Notes: a model not told the origin generated them from the sequence alone. 63,721 nucleotides of DNA from Thermoplasmata archaeon (GCA_034667685.1 JAXDQU010000122.1:1-63721), one strand, 5' to 3'; numbered from the stretch's first letter, positions 8,647-18,333 are shown. Numbers and translations are program-made.

Positions 8647-9444
8647 TCAGCTCATCCCCCGCGCGCGGATGCGCCGGACGAACGAGCGCGCGACCTCGTC
8701 GGCGTCCCCCTCGAACAGCTCGGCCTGCTGCTTCTCCTTGCGCTCGGCGGTGATCTTCTCGAAGCGCCGCACGCGCGTGGGCGAGCCCTCGCGCCCCACG
8801 GAGTCCTCGTGCAGGTCGAGGTCGCGGCGGTTCCAGACCGTGACCTCCTTCTCGCGGAAGGCGTCCGCGACGCCCCACGCGGTGGCGACCCGCGGCTTGG
8901 GGATCTCCTCGGAGACGGAGAGCAGGCAGGGGAGCGGGACCTCGTAGGTGGCGAGCTTCGCGCCGAACCGCTTCTTGACGCGCAGCGACTTGCCGCTCGT
9001 CTCCGCGCTCGTGATGAACGTCACGCTCGGGACGTTGAGGAGCTGCGCGACCATCGGGCCCACGCCCGCGGCGCGCCGGTCCGCCGTGCGCCCGCCGGTG
9101 AGGATCAGCTCGGCGCGCATCTTCTCCGCCGCGGCCGCAAGCACGCGCGCCGTCGCCAGCGTGTCGGCGCCCTCGAAGCTCTTGTCCGCGAGCAGCACGG
9201 CCTTGTCCGCGCCCATCGCCAGCCCCTCGCGCAGCGCGACCGTGCGGTCGGAGTGGCTCATGCACGCGACGGTGACGGTGCCTCCCTGCTCGTCGCGCAG
9301 GCGCAGCCCGAGCTCGATGGCGCGCTTCTCCCACTTGTTGATGACGTAGCGCGCCCCCTCCAGGACGGGCTCGCCGGTCCGGCGCGACACGGTCACGTTC
9401 AGGTCCGCGGGAACCGGCCGGACGAAGACCACGATGTTCGGCAC
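8647..9444 (-). CDS. etfB: Electron transfer flavoprotein beta subunit
   Basis: AIELGLRL, LAMGAD, GADTLATARVLA; adjacent to etfA. Confidence 0.95.
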   Translation of the reverse strand: MPNIVVFVRPVPADLNVTVSRRTGEPVLEGARYVINKWEKRAIELGLRLRDEQGGTVTVACMSHSDRTVALREGLAMGADKAVLLADKSFEGADTLATARVLAAAAEKMRAELILTGGRTADRRAAGVGPMVAQLLNVPSVTFITSAETSGKSLRVKKRFGAKLATYEVPLPCLLSVSEEIPKPRVATAWGVADAFREKEVTVWNRRDLDLHEDSVGREGSPTRVRRFEKITAERKEKQQAELFEGDADEVARSFVRRIRARGMS

Positions 9445-9485
9445 GCGCCAGCCATCCGCGGGGCGGCTTATCTACCGTTTTCCTA

Positions 9486-9578
9486 CGACGCAAGGGAACT
9501 GCGGGGGAAGACGGGAAGAAGGGAACAAGGGACCCGTCTTCCCTTCTTCCCGTCTTCCCCCGCAGTTCCCTTGCGTCG
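9486..9578. repeat. Iterated palindrome family B, near-perfect arms of about 40 bp
   Basis: cgacgcaagggaactgc...gaagacgggaagaaggg / cccttcttcccgtcttccccc gcagttcccttgcgtcg; between divergent promoters. Confidence 0.8.
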
Positions 9579-9598
9579 CTGGACAAGCCGGGCGCGGC

Positions 9599-9608
9599 AA
9601 GGCTTATC
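9599..9608 (+). promoter_or_regulatory. BRE/TATA-like promoter (AAGGCTTAT) about 27-30 nt upstream of ATG 9634
   Basis: Same motif and spacing recur before many genes in the window. Confidence 0.55.
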
Positions 9609-9633
9609 CGCGCCTCGCGGGGCTTGGGGCGGC

Positions 9634-11022
9634 ATGGTCCGAGCCTGGCTCCTCGCCGTCGCGCTTCTCGTCACCGGCGTCGCCGGCTGCCTCCAGTCCC
9701 CCCAGCAGGTCGCGCCCGCCGCGACGGTCGCGTCCCCCGCGGTCGCCGGAGGCCTCGCGCACATCGTCGCCGAGGACGTGATGACGTTCCGGCAGTCGAA
9801 CGTGACGCCCGCCGTGGGCATCGCGCAGGACCTCTACGAGCCCACCCTCGAGGTCTCGGACACCGGCACGATCTACGTCGCGGCGCACGTCATCGGCGCG
9901 GCCACGACCGGCACGCCCACGTACTTCAGCCGCGACGACGGCAAGACCTGGGCGCAGCTCCCCTTCGTCGCGTCCGTCGCGGCGCCCTCGCCCATCCAGG
10001 GCGCGCAGCCCCCGCCGGGCGACGAGGGCTTCCTCGTGGCGGGCGACCACGGCCAGGCGTGGATGGCCGACATCTACGCGGCCGGCTTCAGCGTCACGGG
10101 CTGGTGCGACAACGGCGCCTCCCAGTGCTACGACAACCGCGAGGCCTACGACCGCGCCGCCTCGACGACGAGCTGCACGCCCACGAGCCTCAACGACCGC
10201 CCGTGGTCCGCGTACGGCAATGGCACGCTGCTGCTCGTGAACAACCCGGGCGGCGGCCCCATGCAGATCGGCGTGATGAAGGTCCCGCCCGACCTGCCCG
10301 TGGGCGCCGTGGGCGTCAACGGCCCGACGTGGAACATGTGCGCGAGCGAGGGCGGCTCGATCCCGGGCGTCCCCGCGATGCGCAAGGACGGCCTCTTCGC
10401 CGTGCCCCAGATGATGGGCTCGGGCGAGGACCAGGTGCTCGGCGTCGTCATCGGCAACGCTTCTGATATCATGAAGGTCCACACGCAGAAGCCGTTCAAG
10501 GTCACCTCGGCCGACGACGGCACCGTCAACGGCGGGCGCGCGGCGTTCGACCACGACGGCACGCTCTACGTGGGCGCCGTCAACAACACCAAGGACGGCG
10601 CGGGCCGCATCATCCTCGCGATCAGCGCGGACGGCGGCAACACGTTCACCAACACGACGTTCGCGGCCGACAACACCGTGACCTCGCTCTTCGTCGACGG
10701 CAACATGGCCGGACCCGGCGCGCTCGTCGCGTGGGGCCAGCTCTCGCAGGGCGACAAGACGAAGACCGACTGGTACGTCGCGCACGCCTTCGTCGGCCCC
10801 GACGGGACGCCCGTGCTGCGCAACGTCACCGCCGCCGTCAAGAATGGCCCGCCCTACTCCGCGCACGTCATGGGCGCCGCGGCCGGGCCCGACGGGCGCG
10901 CGTACTTCATCAACTTCTTCGACGCCGGCATGCCCGGCTACGTCGGAAGCTCGCCGATCAGCGTCTGGATCCAGAAGGAGGGCGCCACGCTGCCCGTCAC
11001 GGCGCCCGTGGCGAAGTCCTGA
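9634..11022 (+). CDS. Lipoprotein with BNR/Asp-box repeats (sialidase-like beta-propeller)
   Basis: Lipobox VAGC; SRDDGKTW and SADGGNTF Asp-boxes. Confidence 0.85.
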   Translation: MVRAWLLAVALLVTGVAGCLQSPQQVAPAATVASPAVAGGLAHIVAEDVMTFRQSNVTPAVGIAQDLYEPTLEVSDTGTIYVAAHVIGAATTGTPTYFSRDDGKTWAQLPFVASVAAPSPIQGAQPPPGDEGFLVAGDHGQAWMADIYAAGFSVTGWCDNGASQCYDNREAYDRAASTTSCTPTSLNDRPWSAYGNGTLLLVNNPGGGPMQIGVMKVPPDLPVGAVGVNGPTWNMCASEGGSIPGVPAMRKDGLFAVPQMMGSGEDQVLGVVIGNASDIMKVHTQKPFKVTSADDGTVNGGRAAFDHDGTLYVGAVNNTKDGAGRIILAISADGGNTFTNTTFAADNTVTSLFVDGNMAGPGALVAWGQLSQGDKTKTDWYVAHAFVGPDGTPVLRNVTAAVKNGPPYSAHVMGAAAGPDGRAYFINFFDAGMPGYVGSSPISVWIQKEGATLPVTAPVAKS

Positions 11023-11069
11023 GCGCGAGGCGAACCCTCTTTGCATCTCGGGCGCCGTCCCCGCGCTAC

Positions 11070-11276
11070 ATGAAGACCACCCTTCTTCTGACGGCGCTCC
11101 TCGCCTTCTCCGTCGCGCTGCTCCTCGTCCCGCCCGCCGGCGCGAGCGAGACGGTCAGCGTCTGCACCGAGGTCCAGCATGACTGCGGCCTCAACCTCGT
11201 CTGCGTCTCCGCGAGCGGGACCGTGACCGCGTTCCGCTGCGTGCGCGATCCGTGCGAGAATCCCGAAGTGTGCTGA
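11070..11276 (+). CDS. Small secreted Cys-rich peptide (68 aa)
   Basis: MKTTLLLTALLAFSVALLLVPPAGA signal; mature part has 6 Cys and ends CVRDPCENPEVC. Confidence 0.7.
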   Translation: MKTTLLLTALLAFSVALLLVPPAGASETVSVCTEVQHDCGLNLVCVSASGTVTAFRCVRDPCENPEVC

Positions 11277-11325
11277 AGCCCGGGCGCGGTTTCCCCCATC
11301 CGTTCTTCCGGCAGCGCTCCGCGCA

Positions 11326-11391
11326 CCGCCAACACGCCAAGACGCCATCACGCCACCGCTCCTCGTCGTCGGCGTGATGGCGCGTTGGCGG
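11326..11391. repeat. Iterated palindrome family F (ACGCCA units)
   Basis: ccgccaacacgccaagacgccatcacgcc ... ggcgtgatggcgcgttggcgg; between convergent genes. Confidence 0.7.
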
Positions 11392-11433
11392 CAAGCGCGA
11401 AGCGCGCGGCGACGCAATACAGGCAAGCAGGGC

Positions 11434-12651
11434 TTACAACGGCAGCTCGCCCAACTGGTAGAGCTCCCTACCAATGATCAGCCGCTGCACGTCGTTGGTC
11501 CCTTCGTAGATCTCCGAGATGATGTGGTCGCGGAACGCCACCTCGAGGTCGTCGAAGCCCTCGATGAATCCGCGGGCGCCGTAGACCTGCATGCACTTGT
11601 CGATCGTGCGGCCGGCGCACTCGCTGCCGAGGACCTTGACCATCGCGCTCTGGCGGCTGACCTGGTCGCGGAAAGGGCGCGGGACGCTCTTGCCCTCGGC
11701 GATCATGTCGTAGTAGTGCTCGCAGTCCTGCGCGGCCTTGTAGCAGGCCATGCGCAGCGCCCAGATCTCGGCTGCGCTTTCCGCGAGCGTGAACTGGATC
11801 GCCTGCTTCTTGCCCAACGGCTCGCCGAACTGCTCGCGCGCCTTCACGTACTGGAGCGTGCGGTTGAGCACGGCGTGCGCGCCCGCGAGCGAGCCCAGGC
11901 CGAGGATGATGCGGCCGCCGTCGAGCGCGGTGAGCGCGGCGATGAAGCCCTCGCCGACCTTGCCCAGGATGTTCTCCTTCGGGATGCGTACGCCGTCGAG
12001 GTGGATCTCGGCCGTCGTGGAAAGCCGGATGCCCATCTTGTCCTCGACGTTGGCGACCTTGAACCCCTCGCGCTTCGACTCGACGATGAAGGTGGTGACG
12101 CCGCCGCGCGCGCCCAGCGCGGGGTCCGTGACGGCGCTGACCATGAGGTAGTCCGCGACGTCGCCGTTCGTCACGAAGATCTTCGTGCCTGATAGCACGT
12201 ATTCGTCGCCGTCGAGCACGGCCTGCGTCTGGATGTTGGCCGCGTCGCTGCCGGCCTGCGGCTCGGTGAGCGCGAACGCGCCGATGGCCTTGCCCTCCGC
12301 GAGCGGCTTCACGAACTGCATGCGCTGCTCCTCGGTGCCGAAGAGGTAGAGCGGCTGGATGCAGATGCCCGTGTGCGCGCCCACGATGGTCGCGATGCCG
12401 GCGTCCAGGTGGCCCAGCTCCTCGATCATCAGCGAGTAGCCCACCTCGCCCATGCCGGCGCCGCCGTACTTGCGCGGGATCGGCACGCCCATGAGGCCCT
12501 GCTTCTGGAGCTTGCGCACGATCGGCCAGGGGAACTCGTGCCCTTCGACGAAGCCCCGCGGCATCATGGGCCGGATCTCCTCGTCGAGGAACTCGCGGAC
12601 CGTCTGGCGGAAGAGCTCCTGCTCCTCGGTGAAGGAGAAATCGAGCGCCAT
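11434..12651 (-). CDS. Acyl-CoA dehydrogenase
   Basis: FALTEPQAGSDA, GTKIFVTNG, REQFG, IYEGTNDVQR. Confidence 0.95.
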   Translation of the reverse strand: MALDFSFTEEQELFRQTVREFLDEEIRPMMPRGFVEGHEFPWPIVRKLQKQGLMGVPIPRKYGGAGMGEVGYSLMIEELGHLDAGIATIVGAHTGICIQPLYLFGTEEQRMQFVKPLAEGKAIGAFALTEPQAGSDAANIQTQAVLDGDEYVLSGTKIFVTNGDVADYLMVSAVTDPALGARGGVTTFIVESKREGFKVANVEDKMGIRLSTTAEIHLDGVRIPKENILGKVGEGFIAALTALDGGRIILGLGSLAGAHAVLNRTLQYVKAREQFGEPLGKKQAIQFTLAESAAEIWALRMACYKAAQDCEHYYDMIAEGKSVPRPFRDQVSRQSAMVKVLGSECAGRTIDKCMQVYGARGFIEGFDDLEVAFRDHIISEIYEGTNDVQRLIIGRELYQLGELPL

Positions 12652-12870
12652 GGTGACGCGGACGGATCGGCGGGCGCCGCCATGAAGGTGTTGCCAAGGA
12701 GCGGTACGACCAGGAGTGAAAAGCCGAGGCCCCGCAGCCCGCCTTCGAGGACCTCGCGGCCCGCTTCTCCAGCGTCGAGCCGGTGTCGGACGCCCAGGCG
12801 AGCCGCGCGCGCCGCGTCGTGAGATCGTGCTTCTGAGCAATGCTTTTCGGGCGCGGCGGGATGCGCTCGC

Positions 12871-13230
12871 GTGAAGACCTGCCCGGGCTGCGGCGCGGCG
12901 CGCGAGGCCCAGCCTTGCCCGCGCTGCGGCGGGCTCTGGCTCGCGCACGAGGCGCCCGGTCCGCTGCGCCGGCTGATCTCGAAGGGCCCGCTCGCGCCGA
13001 TGCAGTGCGCGGATTGCGGCGCGGCGATGAAGGCGCTCGACGTGCCCGGCGAGGCGCACGAGGGCGACCTCTTCTGGGGCTTGGAGAGCCCGCGCCCCGC
13101 CGGCAGCGCCCTCGCGGAAGGGTGCGCGCGGTGCGGAGGAATCTGGGTCGACGCCGCGAACCTTCAGCGCGCGGGCGGCGCCCCGTCGTTGCGCGCGGCG
13201 CTGGCCCGCGTGTCGCGCGACGCGTCCTGA
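12871..13230 (+). CDS. Double Zn-ribbon (zf-TFIIB-like) protein
   Basis: CPGC, CPRCGGLWL, CADC, CARCGGIWVD. Confidence 0.75.
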   Translation: MKTCPGCGAAREAQPCPRCGGLWLAHEAPGPLRRLISKGPLAPMQCADCGAAMKALDVPGEAHEGDLFWGLESPRPAGSALAEGCARCGGIWVDAANLQRAGGAPSLRAALARVSRDAS

Positions 13231-13388
13231 CGGGCGCGCATCAGGTCGGCGTGCGCCTCGCGCTCGCGCCGCGCGGCGCCGGGGATGTCGTCCGCATCGC
13301 GCAGGTTCACTTCGTTCTGGAGGTCGTCCATCGCGTCCTTGTGCTCCCGGATCGCATCGTCCAGGGCGTGTCGCCGCCTGTTGGGCAT
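13164..13388 (-). CDS. Small charged hypothetical protein
   Basis: MPNRRRHALDDAIREHKDAMDDLQNEVNLRDA...; helical and charged; overlaps the 3' end of the convergent gene. Confidence 0.35.
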   Translation of the reverse strand: MPNRRRHALDDAIREHKDAMDDLQNEVNLRDADDIPGAARREREAHADLMRARQDASRDTRASAARNDGAPPAR

Positions 13389-13423
13389 CCTGGGGTCGAG
13401 GGGCGCTCCGAGTGCCTTGAGAT

Positions 13424-15262
13424 TTACGGCAACCGGTCCGCTTGCGTTCCGGGAACGTTCGGAACGCTCGTGGGATTGCTCTTGACCTTCGCCCACGGCG
13501 CCTTCTCCCAGAGCTTGGGCCCGGCGCCCTCGATGGCGACCATGCCCTCGGCGCGGCGCGAGTCGGCGGGCATCGGGCAGGGGTCCTTGCAGCCGTCGCT
13601 GTAGCTGATGTAGACGCGCCCGTCGGGCCCCACGGCGATGTCGATGAAGTCGAGCAGGTTGCGCGCGCTGTCGCATGCGACGCCCGCGGTGCACATCGGC
13701 CCGCGCTGCTGGATGTCCTCGGGCGGCGTGACCATGCCGACCTTGACGCTGCGCGTGCCGTCGTCGGTGGCGTTCTCGACGAACGCGGTGTAGAGGTACC
13801 AGCCGGCCCAGCCGTCCGCGCCGTCGGGGCCTTTCGCGGTGTCGCTCGTCGCGCGATAGACGATCGCGAGCTTGCCCGCGTCGCCCGCGACGGCGTCGAC
13901 GTGGACGAACGACCTCTGCGTGGGCGGGCTGACGGTGACGGGCGCGCTCCACGTCTTGCCGTGGTCCTTGCTGAACGAGTAGCGGATGCCGTCGGCGCGG
14001 TGGTAGGCGAGGTACGCGACGCCGGCCGCGTCCACCGCGAGGCCCGGGTCCACGTCGCTGCACGCCTCCTTCGTCTTGTCGACCTCGACGAAGCTGAACG
14101 TCATGCCGTAGTCGTTCGAGACGCCCACGCCCATGTAGCCGCCGTTGTCGCACATGTAGAGCGGGACGTACACGTCGCCCTTCTCGTCGGCGATGACGGG
14201 CCCGTCGTTCGCGTAGGTGCGCGAGTCGCTCACGCCGACGACCGGCGCCGTGGTGAAGCTGACGCCTCCGTCGAGGGAGCGCGAGACCCACACGCCCTTC
14301 GCGAAGCTGCTGTAGGAGTAGTAGACCGCGGGGAACGGCGCGGGCGTGGGGTTCGGCCCGACGCCGAGCTTCTGGTGGTCGTCGCCCGGCCCACCACACG
14401 CCGCGGGGTTGCTGGTCCACGACGCGCCCGCGTCGGCGCTCCACGCGAGCGCGCTGCAGCCGACGTAGAGCTGGTCCACGTACACGGTGTTGCGCGCGTC
14501 GTCGACGTACATCATCGGATCGAGCGTGACCTGGCTCGTGGTCGCGGGCCCGACGTCCTTCCACGTCGCGCCGTCGTCCGTGCTCTTCAGCGTCGCCGTG
14601 TTGACCTGCGTCCAGACGCTCCCGTCGGGGAGCACGCCCACGTTGTCCTCGCCGCCGCCCAGCTTGGTGTCGGAGACGCGGAACGAGATCGCGGAGTCGG
14701 TCCCGGCCAGCGGGTCGCCGCGCGTGACCTGGCTGGGCAGGTGGAGCGTCACGGCGAGCTTGAACGCCTGGCCCGGCGTCTCGGCCGGCGCGGCGGAGGT
14801 CGGATAGCCCGTGTTGACGCGGACCTTCCAGGAGACGGGCGTCGTCAGGTTGGAAGGCACCGGCACGGTGCACGTCGGGTTCGCCATGAAGGAGAGCGCG
14901 CTGCACTGGACCTTGCCCGCCTCGTCGATCAGCTCGGCGATGACGCTGTTGCCCTGCGAGGCGTCCAGCGTGACGTTGACCTCGACGAAGCCGACGCGGT
15001 CGTCCACCTTGAACGCGTCCTCCAGCAGCGGGTCCTTGACGCCCTGCGTGAGGAGGATCGCCGAGGCGCCGCCCTGCGTCTGCCCCTCGTACTGGAACGT
15101 GCGAGTGCCGTCCGCGTTGTCCAGCGTCGTCTTCGCCGCCGTCGCGGTCAGGTCCTTCAGCGACCCAACGGGCGCGGCGGGAGGCTGCTGCTGCGCGGCG
15201 GGGGCGGCGCCCAGGCAGCCGGCGAGCAACGCGAGGACCAGGAGAAGGGGCAGGGCGCGCAT
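13424..15262 (-). CDS. Lipoprotein with BNR/Asp-box repeats (sialidase-like) and extra N-terminal domain
   Basis: Lipobox LAGC; STDDGATW, SADAGASW, SLDGGVSF, SNDYGMTF, SKDHGKTW; C-terminal LLDFID motif. Confidence 0.9.
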   Translation of the reverse strand: MRALPLLLVLALLAGCLGAAPAAQQQPPAAPVGSLKDLTATAAKTTLDNADGTRTFQYEGQTQGGASAILLTQGVKDPLLEDAFKVDDRVGFVEVNVTLDASQGNSVIAELIDEAGKVQCSALSFMANPTCTVPVPSNLTTPVSWKVRVNTGYPTSAAPAETPGQAFKLAVTLHLPSQVTRGDPLAGTDSAISFRVSDTKLGGGEDNVGVLPDGSVWTQVNTATLKSTDDGATWKDVGPATTSQVTLDPMMYVDDARNTVYVDQLYVGCSALAWSADAGASWTSNPAACGGPGDDHQKLGVGPNPTPAPFPAVYYSYSSFAKGVWVSRSLDGGVSFTTAPVVGVSDSRTYANDGPVIADEKGDVYVPLYMCDNGGYMGVGVSNDYGMTFSFVEVDKTKEACSDVDPGLAVDAAGVAYLAYHRADGIRYSFSKDHGKTWSAPVTVSPPTQRSFVHVDAVAGDAGKLAIVYRATSDTAKGPDGADGWAGWYLYTAFVENATDDGTRSVKVGMVTPPEDIQQRGPMCTAGVACDSARNLLDFIDIAVGPDGRVYISYSDGCKDPCPMPADSRRAEGMVAIEGAGPKLWEKAPWAKVKSNPTSVPNVPGTQADRLP

Positions 15263-15336
15263 GCGCGGGCAGCCCGGCGCCCGATCTTAAGCGTTCGTGG
15301 AGCGGAATTATGTGAGTCCGGCCTCCTGCTCGGCGC

Positions 15337-17298
15337 GTGATCCCGATCGACGCCGGCCTCAAGGCGTTGGCGGGGATCATCTCGCTGAGCTTCGCGTGCA
15401 TCGCCCTGGGCGCCGCGCGCGGGAGCCCGCGCAACGCCTGGCTGGGCGTCTTCCTTCTGCTCATCGCGGGCAACCAGGGGGCCGAGGTGCTGCGCGCCCT
15501 CGCGACGAGCGCGCATGACCAGGACCTTTGGTTCCGCGTCGCGAGCGTGTTCGCCTCGCTGGACCCGGTCGCGCTGGCCCTGTTCGCGAGCCACGCCTTC
15601 CCGCGCAGGACACCCACGTGGGTCCTGGCGTCCGTGCTCGCGGTGGGCGGCGCGGATGCGGTCTACGCGGGCTGGGCCGCGCACTACTCGGCCTCCGTGA
15701 ACCCGACGTCCGTCTTCGACTTCGTGCGCGCCCTGGAGACGCTGCTGGTCTACGGCTGGGTCCTCCTGGGCGCGATGGAGATGCTCCGGACCGAGCCGGG
15801 CGCCCCGACATGGGGCGACCTCGTCCCCGCGATGGGCGTCGCGACGCTGCCCACCGCGGTCAGCCTCGTCATCGCGGGCTTCACGCTGATCTTCCCGTTC
15901 TATCCCGCGGACGTCCGCGACGGCACCCATCCCCTGCCCTACCTGGGGCCGCGCCTCGCGCTGGGCGTCGTCGTGATGGCGCTCCTCGTCGCGTGGCTCT
16001 CCCGCGCCGCGCTCCGCGAGGCTCCAGGGCCGACGCGGCGCCGCCTCGTCGCGGCGACCCTGAGCAGCGCCGCGGTGCTGGTCCTCCTTCAGCTTCCGGG
16101 GCTCCTCTCGCAGGTCGCGATCCCCGCGACGCCGGGCCCGGACGCGATCGTCACGGTGCTGGGCCGCTCGGGCGCCGCGATCCGCTGGCTGATCTTCGGC
16201 GCCTTCGCCTCCGCGATGGTGCTGCGCGACAAGGCGACTCCCCTGGGCCAGGCGGCCCGCCGCCGCGCGGCGCGCGCGTTCCTCGCCATCGCGTTCATCT
16301 CCCTTGCGGTCATGGCGATGTCCGCCGTCCTCCTCGCCACCGGCAGCACGGCAAGCACCCTCGCGATGGGCGCTCTCGTCGTCGCCGCGGCGCTCGCGAT
16401 CTCGCAGGGCTTCCGCACGCTCGTCGACGGCATCGCGACGCGCCTCTACGGCTTCCCCCAGCCGGCCGCGCCGCCGCCCCCGGGCGACGTGCTCCCCGGC
16501 GCGATCGTGGCCGGACGATATCACGTCCTGCGCGAGCTGGGCCGCGGCAACACCGGCCGCGCGTTCCTGGCGCGCGACGAAGGCCTCCGCCGTGAGGTGG
16601 CGCTCAAGGTGCTCGCCGAAGGGGACACGCGCGGGCTGCGCGAGGCGCGCATCGCCGGCTCCGTCTCGCACCCTCACGTCGTCGCGGTGTTCGACATCCT
16701 CGCGGTGGGAAGCGCGACCGTGATCGTCTCGCAGTTCGTGCCGGGGGGAAGCCTGGGGGACCGGCTCGCGGCGCGCGGGCCTTTCGAGCTTCGCGAGGGG
16801 CTCCGGACGCTCGACCAGGTGGCGCAGGGCGTCGCGGCGCTGCACGCCGCTGGCGTCGTCCACCGCGACCTCGCGCCCGGCAACGTGCTGCTGGGTCCGG
16901 ACGGCGTGCCGCGCATCACGGACTTCAGCATCGCGGGGCGCTTCGCGCGCGGCACCGTCGCGCTCGACGCGAGCATCCTGCGCAGGGGCACGCCCGGATT
17001 CGTCGCGCCCGAGCAGGCGCGCGGGGAGACGCCCACGCCACGCGCGGACGTGTACGCGCTGGGCGCCCTCGCGCGGGCCGCGGTGCGGGCGCCGCTCCCG
17101 CCGGCGGTCGAGGCCGTGGTCGTCAAGGCGCTCGACGAGGACCCCGCGCGCCGCCAGCCCGACGCCGCCGCCTGGCTCGCCGAGCTTCGCGCGGCGGTCG
17201 CCTCACTCCCAGAAGACCAGCGCGCTGCGCCCGACGCCCACGATGGAGCCGTGCCGGAGGACGCCGCGCTCCCCGGCTCCGAGCTGCCGCAGGTCTAG
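15337..17298 (+). CDS. Polytopic membrane Hanks-type protein kinase (receptor-like)
   Basis: About 10 hydrophobic segments, then LGRGNTG, VALKVL, HRDLAPGN, DFS, GTPGFVAPE, ADVYALG. Confidence 0.9.
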   Translation: MIPIDAGLKALAGIISLSFACIALGAARGSPRNAWLGVFLLLIAGNQGAEVLRALATSAHDQDLWFRVASVFASLDPVALALFASHAFPRRTPTWVLASVLAVGGADAVYAGWAAHYSASVNPTSVFDFVRALETLLVYGWVLLGAMEMLRTEPGAPTWGDLVPAMGVATLPTAVSLVIAGFTLIFPFYPADVRDGTHPLPYLGPRLALGVVVMALLVAWLSRAALREAPGPTRRRLVAATLSSAAVLVLLQLPGLLSQVAIPATPGPDAIVTVLGRSGAAIRWLIFGAFASAMVLRDKATPLGQAARRRAARAFLAIAFISLAVMAMSAVLLATGSTASTLAMGALVVAAALAISQGFRTLVDGIATRLYGFPQPAAPPPPGDVLPGAIVAGRYHVLRELGRGNTGRAFLARDEGLRREVALKVLAEGDTRGLREARIAGSVSHPHVVAVFDILAVGSATVIVSQFVPGGSLGDRLAARGPFELREGLRTLDQVAQGVAALHAAGVVHRDLAPGNVLLGPDGVPRITDFSIAGRFARGTVALDASILRRGTPGFVAPEQARGETPTPRADVYALGALARAAVRAPLPPAVEAVVVKALDEDPARRQPDAAAWLAELRAAVASLPEDQRAAPDAHDGAVPEDAALPGSELPQV

Positions 17299-17892
17299 CG
17301 AGGTGCCGTTGCGGCTCGTGGGCAGGTCTTCGAGCGTGAAGCCGGAGGCCGTCGCGCGCACCAGGCTGTTGCGGGCGCTGACGAACGGATCGTAGTCGAG
17401 CGCCACGCCGGCCTCGCGGCTCCGCCCCAGCGTCCACGACTGCGCGCGCGTCCGATCGAGCCGGAAGACGCGCCCTTCGTCGGCGCCCTTGATGATGACG
17501 AGCCGCGGGCCCTCGGCAGCGGCGGGCGCCGCGCCGCTCACCTCCATCGTGCCCGCGTGGGGCTCGGCCATGCCGCGCCGGCGCGCCAGCTCGCGCAGCT
17601 CCTCCGAGAGCGCGAAGAGCATCGGATGGTTGAGCAGGTACTCCTTGATCGGCGTCCCGCCGCGCGAGGACTCCTGCGCGAGCACGAGCCCGGCCTCCTC
17701 CAGCCGATCCAGGTGGACGCGGACGGTCTGCCGCGCGACGACGTGGTCCGAGCCGCGGCGCGCGCCCTGGATCTCGATCTCGCTCACCGTGCGCGGCACG
17801 CGAAGCTCGCGCAGCAGCGCCAGGCGCGGCTTGCTGGCGAGCGCGGAGAGCGTCGCGGCCAGCGCTTCGTCGTCCTGCGGTTCCGGGCCCAC
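17203..17892 (-). CDS. ArsR-type winged-helix + FHA domain regulator
   Basis: LSALASKPRLALLREL...TVRVHLDRLEEAGLV (wHTH); WTLGR, PFVS, EDLPTSRNGT (FHA); GTG 17892 has an upstream GAGGT; alternative ATG 17961. Confidence 0.9.
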   Translation of the reverse strand: MGPEPQDDEALAATLSALASKPRLALLRELRVPRTVSEIEIQGARRGSDHVVARQTVRVHLDRLEEAGLVLAQESSRGGTPIKEYLLNHPMLFALSEELRELARRRGMAEPHAGTMEVSGAAPAAAEGPRLVIIKGADEGRVFRLDRTRAQSWTLGRSREAGVALDYDPFVSARNSLVRATASGFTLEDLPTSRNGTSLDLRQLGAGERGVLRHGSIVGVGRSALVFWE

Positions 17893-17934
17893 GGACCTCG
17901 AAGCGGGCGGATGCGCTTGGGCTCTTCGTGTCTT

Positions 17935-17952
17935 CGCAGCAAAGTTTCTGCG
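17935..17952. promoter_or_regulatory. Imperfect palindrome, candidate operator between divergent genes
   Basis: cgcagcaaagtttctgcg. Confidence 0.35.
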
Positions 17953-18003
17953 CGGGTTCATCGCCCCCCGCTGGCTGCTCGGAGCTGCATGTCACACGAC
18001 ACC

Positions 18004-18276
18004 ATGCGCAACGTCTTGATCGTCCTCGCGACCACCCTCGTCCTCGGCGTTCCGCTCGCGGCCGCCGACGACATCGCCAACGCGCACGTGTACGCGCTCG
18101 GCGGCACCGACCTGAGCACCGACCAGTACGGCGCCCTGTGCTACGCCGTCGCGACGTACAGCGTGCACCCCGCCGAGGACGGCTTCTGCGTCGGCAAGGG
18201 CATCATCACGCCCGGCCCGCGCGACTGCGAGATCTACCACATGGGCACGGGCACCTGCGTCAACCCGCTCCCGTAG
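18004..18276 (+). CDS. Small secreted Cys-containing protein (90 aa)
   Basis: MRNVLIVLATTLVLGVPLAAA signal; 4 Cys; ends TCVNPLP; typical codon usage. Confidence 0.75.
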   Translation: MRNVLIVLATTLVLGVPLAAADDIANAHVYALGGTDLSTDQYGALCYAVATYSVHPAEDGFCVGKGIITPGPRDCEIYHMGTGTCVNPLP

Positions 18277-18333
18277 GCGGGCCTATCCGTCGCTGGGGAG
18301 TCGCGTTCCTGCCCCGCAACCTGGCGTGGCGAG

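Noticed and set aside
12680-12835. Possible micro-ORF (AEAPQPAFEDLAARF...) between the acyl-CoA dehydrogenase and the Zn-ribbon gene
   Set aside because: No in-frame start codon; too weak to call
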